IMG/VR virus record: IMGVR_UViG_2526164629_000022
Direction: 5' to 3' (one strand)
Source of the DNA: a virus
Lineage: Duplodnaviria > Heunggongvirae > Uroviricota > Caudoviricetes
DNA: 6,850 bases
Numbering within the stretch: position 1 is the stretch's first letter; every line of letters begins with the position of its first letter. Below the pieces are notes generated by a model. That model was not told the DNA's origin, made no database searches, and worked only from the letters and a program-made list of their open reading frames with translations. Both the position numbers and the translations under genes were made by a program. This document shows, piece after piece, positions 5,090-6,850 of the stretch.

Positions 5090-5766
5090 CGCCATTGCTC
5101 CCCAAATACAAAACCAATTTCAGCCAGTGCCTCGTCCATTTTTTCGATGAACTCCGGCACCATCTCGTCAAAACTCGCCATGTACTTTTCATTCCGCTCA
5201 ATCACGACATAATGCAGTCCTTCACGCTTCATACGCGGGTCATAGTTGGCAAAGTACCAGGCATCTTTTCGTGTCACCCACATGCTGTACTGCACCTGGG
5301 CCATGTAAGCCGATTTTATGGCCTCGAAACCACCGAGCCGGAATTTCATGAAATCCCGGGAGGTAAACGGGCATTTCAGTTCAAGGCCGTTGCCGTCACT
5401 GCATAAACCATCCGGAGAGCAGGCGGTGCGCATACTTTCGTCGCGATAGATGATCGGGGATTCAGTAACATTCACGCCGGAAGTAAACTCAAACAGGGCT
5501 CTGGCGTCGTTTTCGTACTGTTTTCCCCAGGCCAGCGCTTTAGCGTTAACTTCCGGAGCCACACCGGTGCAAACCTCAGCAAGCAGGGTGTGGAAGTAGG
5601 ACATTTTCATGTCAGGCCACTTTTTTCCGGAGCGGGGTTTTGCTATTACATTATGAACTTCTGACGCTGTGATGACACCGAGCCGTAATTTGTGCCACGC
5701 ATCATCCCCCTGTTCGACAGCTCTCACGTCGATCCCGGTACGCTGCAGGATAATGTCCGGTGTCAT
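5086..5766 (-). CDS. exo: Lambda exonuclease (Red-alpha), 226 aa
   Basis: [76 protein letters not shown]...GFVFGEQWR is near-identical to lambda Exo as recalled. The start overlaps the bet stop as ATGA. Confidence 0.97.
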   Translation of the reverse strand: MTPDIILQRTGIDVRAVEQGDDAWHKLRLGVITASEVHNVIAKPRSGKKWPDMKMSYFHTLLAEVCTGVAPEVNAKALAWGKQYENDARALFEFTSGVNVTESPIIYRDESMRTACSPDGLCSDGNGLELKCPFTSRDFMKFRLGGFEAIKSAYMAQVQYSMWVTRKDAWYFANYDPRMKREGLHYVVIERNEKYMASFDEMVPEFIEKMDEALAEIGFVFGEQWR

Positions 5767-6548
5767 GCTGCCACCTTCTGCTCTGCGGCTTTCTGTTTCA
5801 GGAATCCAAGAGCTTTCACTGCTTCGGCCTGTGTCAGTTCTGACGATGCGCGAATGTCGCGGCGAAATATCTGGGAACAGAGCGGCAATAAGTCGTCATC
5901 CCATGTTTTATCCAGGGCGATCAGCAGAGTGTTAATCTCCTGCATGGTTTCATCGTTTACCGGAGTGATGTCGCGTTCCGGCTGGCGTTCTGCAGTGTAT
6001 GCGGTATTTTCGACAATGCGCTCGGCTTCATCCTTGTCATAGATACCAGCAAATCCGAAGGCCAGGCGGGCACACTGAATCATGGCTTTATGCCGTAACA
6101 TCCGTTTGGGATGCGACTGCCACGGCCCCGTGATTTCTCTGCCTTCGCGGGTTTTGAATGGTTCGCGGCGGCATTCATCCATCCATTCGGTAACGCAGAT
6201 CGGATGATTACGGTCCTTGCGGTAAATCCGGCATGTACAGGATTCATTGTCCTGCTCAAAGTCCATGCCATCAAACTGCTGGTTTTCATTGATGATGCGG
6301 GACCAGCCATCAACGCCCACCACCGGAACAATGCCGTTCTGCTTATCAGGGAAGGCGTAAATTTCTTTCGTCCACGGATTAAGGCCGTACTGGTTGGCGA
6401 CGATCAACAATGCGATGAACTGCGCATCGCTGGCATCACCTTTAAATGCCGTCTGGCGAAGAGTGGTGATCAGTTCCTGTGGGTCGACAGAATCCATGCC
6501 GACACGTTCAGCCAGCTTCCCTGCCAGCGTTGCGAGTGCTGTACTCAT
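5763..6548 (-). CDS. bet: Single-strand annealing protein Beta (Red-beta), 261 aa
   Basis: [100 protein letters not shown]...KAAEQKVAA matches lambda Bet. Confidence 0.97.
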   Translation of the reverse strand: MSTALATLAGKLAERVGMDSVDPQELITTLRQTAFKGDASDAQFIALLIVANQYGLNPWTKEIYAFPDKQNGIVPVVGVDGWSRIINENQQFDGMDFEQDNESCTCRIYRKDRNHPICVTEWMDECRREPFKTREGREITGPWQSHPKRMLRHKAMIQCARLAFGFAGIYDKDEAERIVENTAYTAERQPERDITPVNDETMQEINTLLIALDKTWDDDLLPLCSQIFRRDIRASSELTQAEAVKALGFLKQKAAEQKVAA

Positions 6549-6553
6549 CCGTT

Positions 6554-6850
6554 TTATACCTCTGAATCAATATCAACCTGGTGGTGAGCAATTGTTTCAA
6601 CCATGTACCGGATGTGTTCTGCCATGCGCTCCTGAAACTCAACATCGTCATCAAACGCACGGGTAATGGCTTTTTTGCTGGCCCCGTGGCGTTGCAAATG
6701 ATCGATGCATAGCGATTCAAACAGGTGCTGGGGCAGGCCTTTTTCCATGTCGTCTGCCAGTTCTGCCTCTTTCTCTTCACGGGCTATCTGCTGGTAGTGA
6801 CGCGCCCAGCTCTGAGCCTCAAGACGATCCTGAATGTAATAAGCGTTCAT
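6554..6850 (-). CDS. gam: Gam, host RecBCD inhibitor; 98-aa GamS form complete, any longer GamL N-terminus lies beyond the window edge
   Basis: [98 protein letters not shown] matches lambda Gam. The window ends exactly at the internal Met codon, so the upstream extension cannot be assessed. Confidence 0.9.
   Translation of the reverse strand: MNAYYIQDRLEAQSWARHYQQIAREEKEAELADDMEKGLPQHLFESLCIDHLQRHGASKKAITRAFDDDVEFQERMAEHIRYMVETIAHHQVDIDSEV

Noticed and set aside
4886-5406. Plus-strand ORFs of 108 and 103 aa
   Set aside because: Antisense to the orf60a-like gene and to exo, which is confidently identified.
5669-6042. Plus-strand ORFs of 88 and 116 aa
   Set aside because: Antisense within the exo/bet junction and bet.
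6080-6666. 83-aa minus-strand ORF and plus-strand ORFs of 158 and 90 aa
   Set aside because: Alternative-frame or antisense ORFs inside bet, which matches lambda Beta across its full length.
6508-6780. 90-aa minus-strand ORF overlapping gam and the bet start
   Set aside because: A different frame from gam, whose translation matches lambda Gam. Arg/Trp-rich product typical of an off-frame read.
1-6850. attP/attL core, tRNA genes, CRISPR arrays, IS elements
   Set aside because: None seen. The window begins at the int stop codon, so the attachment site would lie outside it. There are no repeat-spacer arrays, no terminal inverted repeats with a transposase, and no tRNA-like sequence evident by eye.

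Overview
The window is the early-left (pL-transcribed) arm of a lambda/HK022-like temperate phage or prophage, and every credible gene is on the minus strand. From high to low coordinate: gam (5' end at the window edge), bet, exo, two small lambda-like ORFs (orf60a-like, orf63-like), a 71-93 aa ORF, a TraR/DksA-type C4 zinc-finger protein, an Ea22-like N-terminal gene that is broken by a frameshift, a 252-aa protein with the motif order of the tRNA-guanine transglycosylase (TGT) fold, a DUF551-type protein, a small Cys-rich ORF, a 114-aa unknown, then xis and int. The most interesting element is the TGT-like protein, which is a candidate DpdA-type 7-deazaguanine DNA transglycosylase sitting in the variable cassette between xis and the Red genes. 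I also see three minus-strand intrinsic terminators, a cII-type TTGC-N6-TTGC site in front of xis, two apparent frameshifts at homopolymer runs, and two very small ORFs joined to their neighbours by overlapping stop/start codons. All identifications rest on reading the supplied translations and on recalled sequences of lambda proteins; no database search or structure prediction was run. The plus-strand ORFs in the track are judged to be antisense artefacts.
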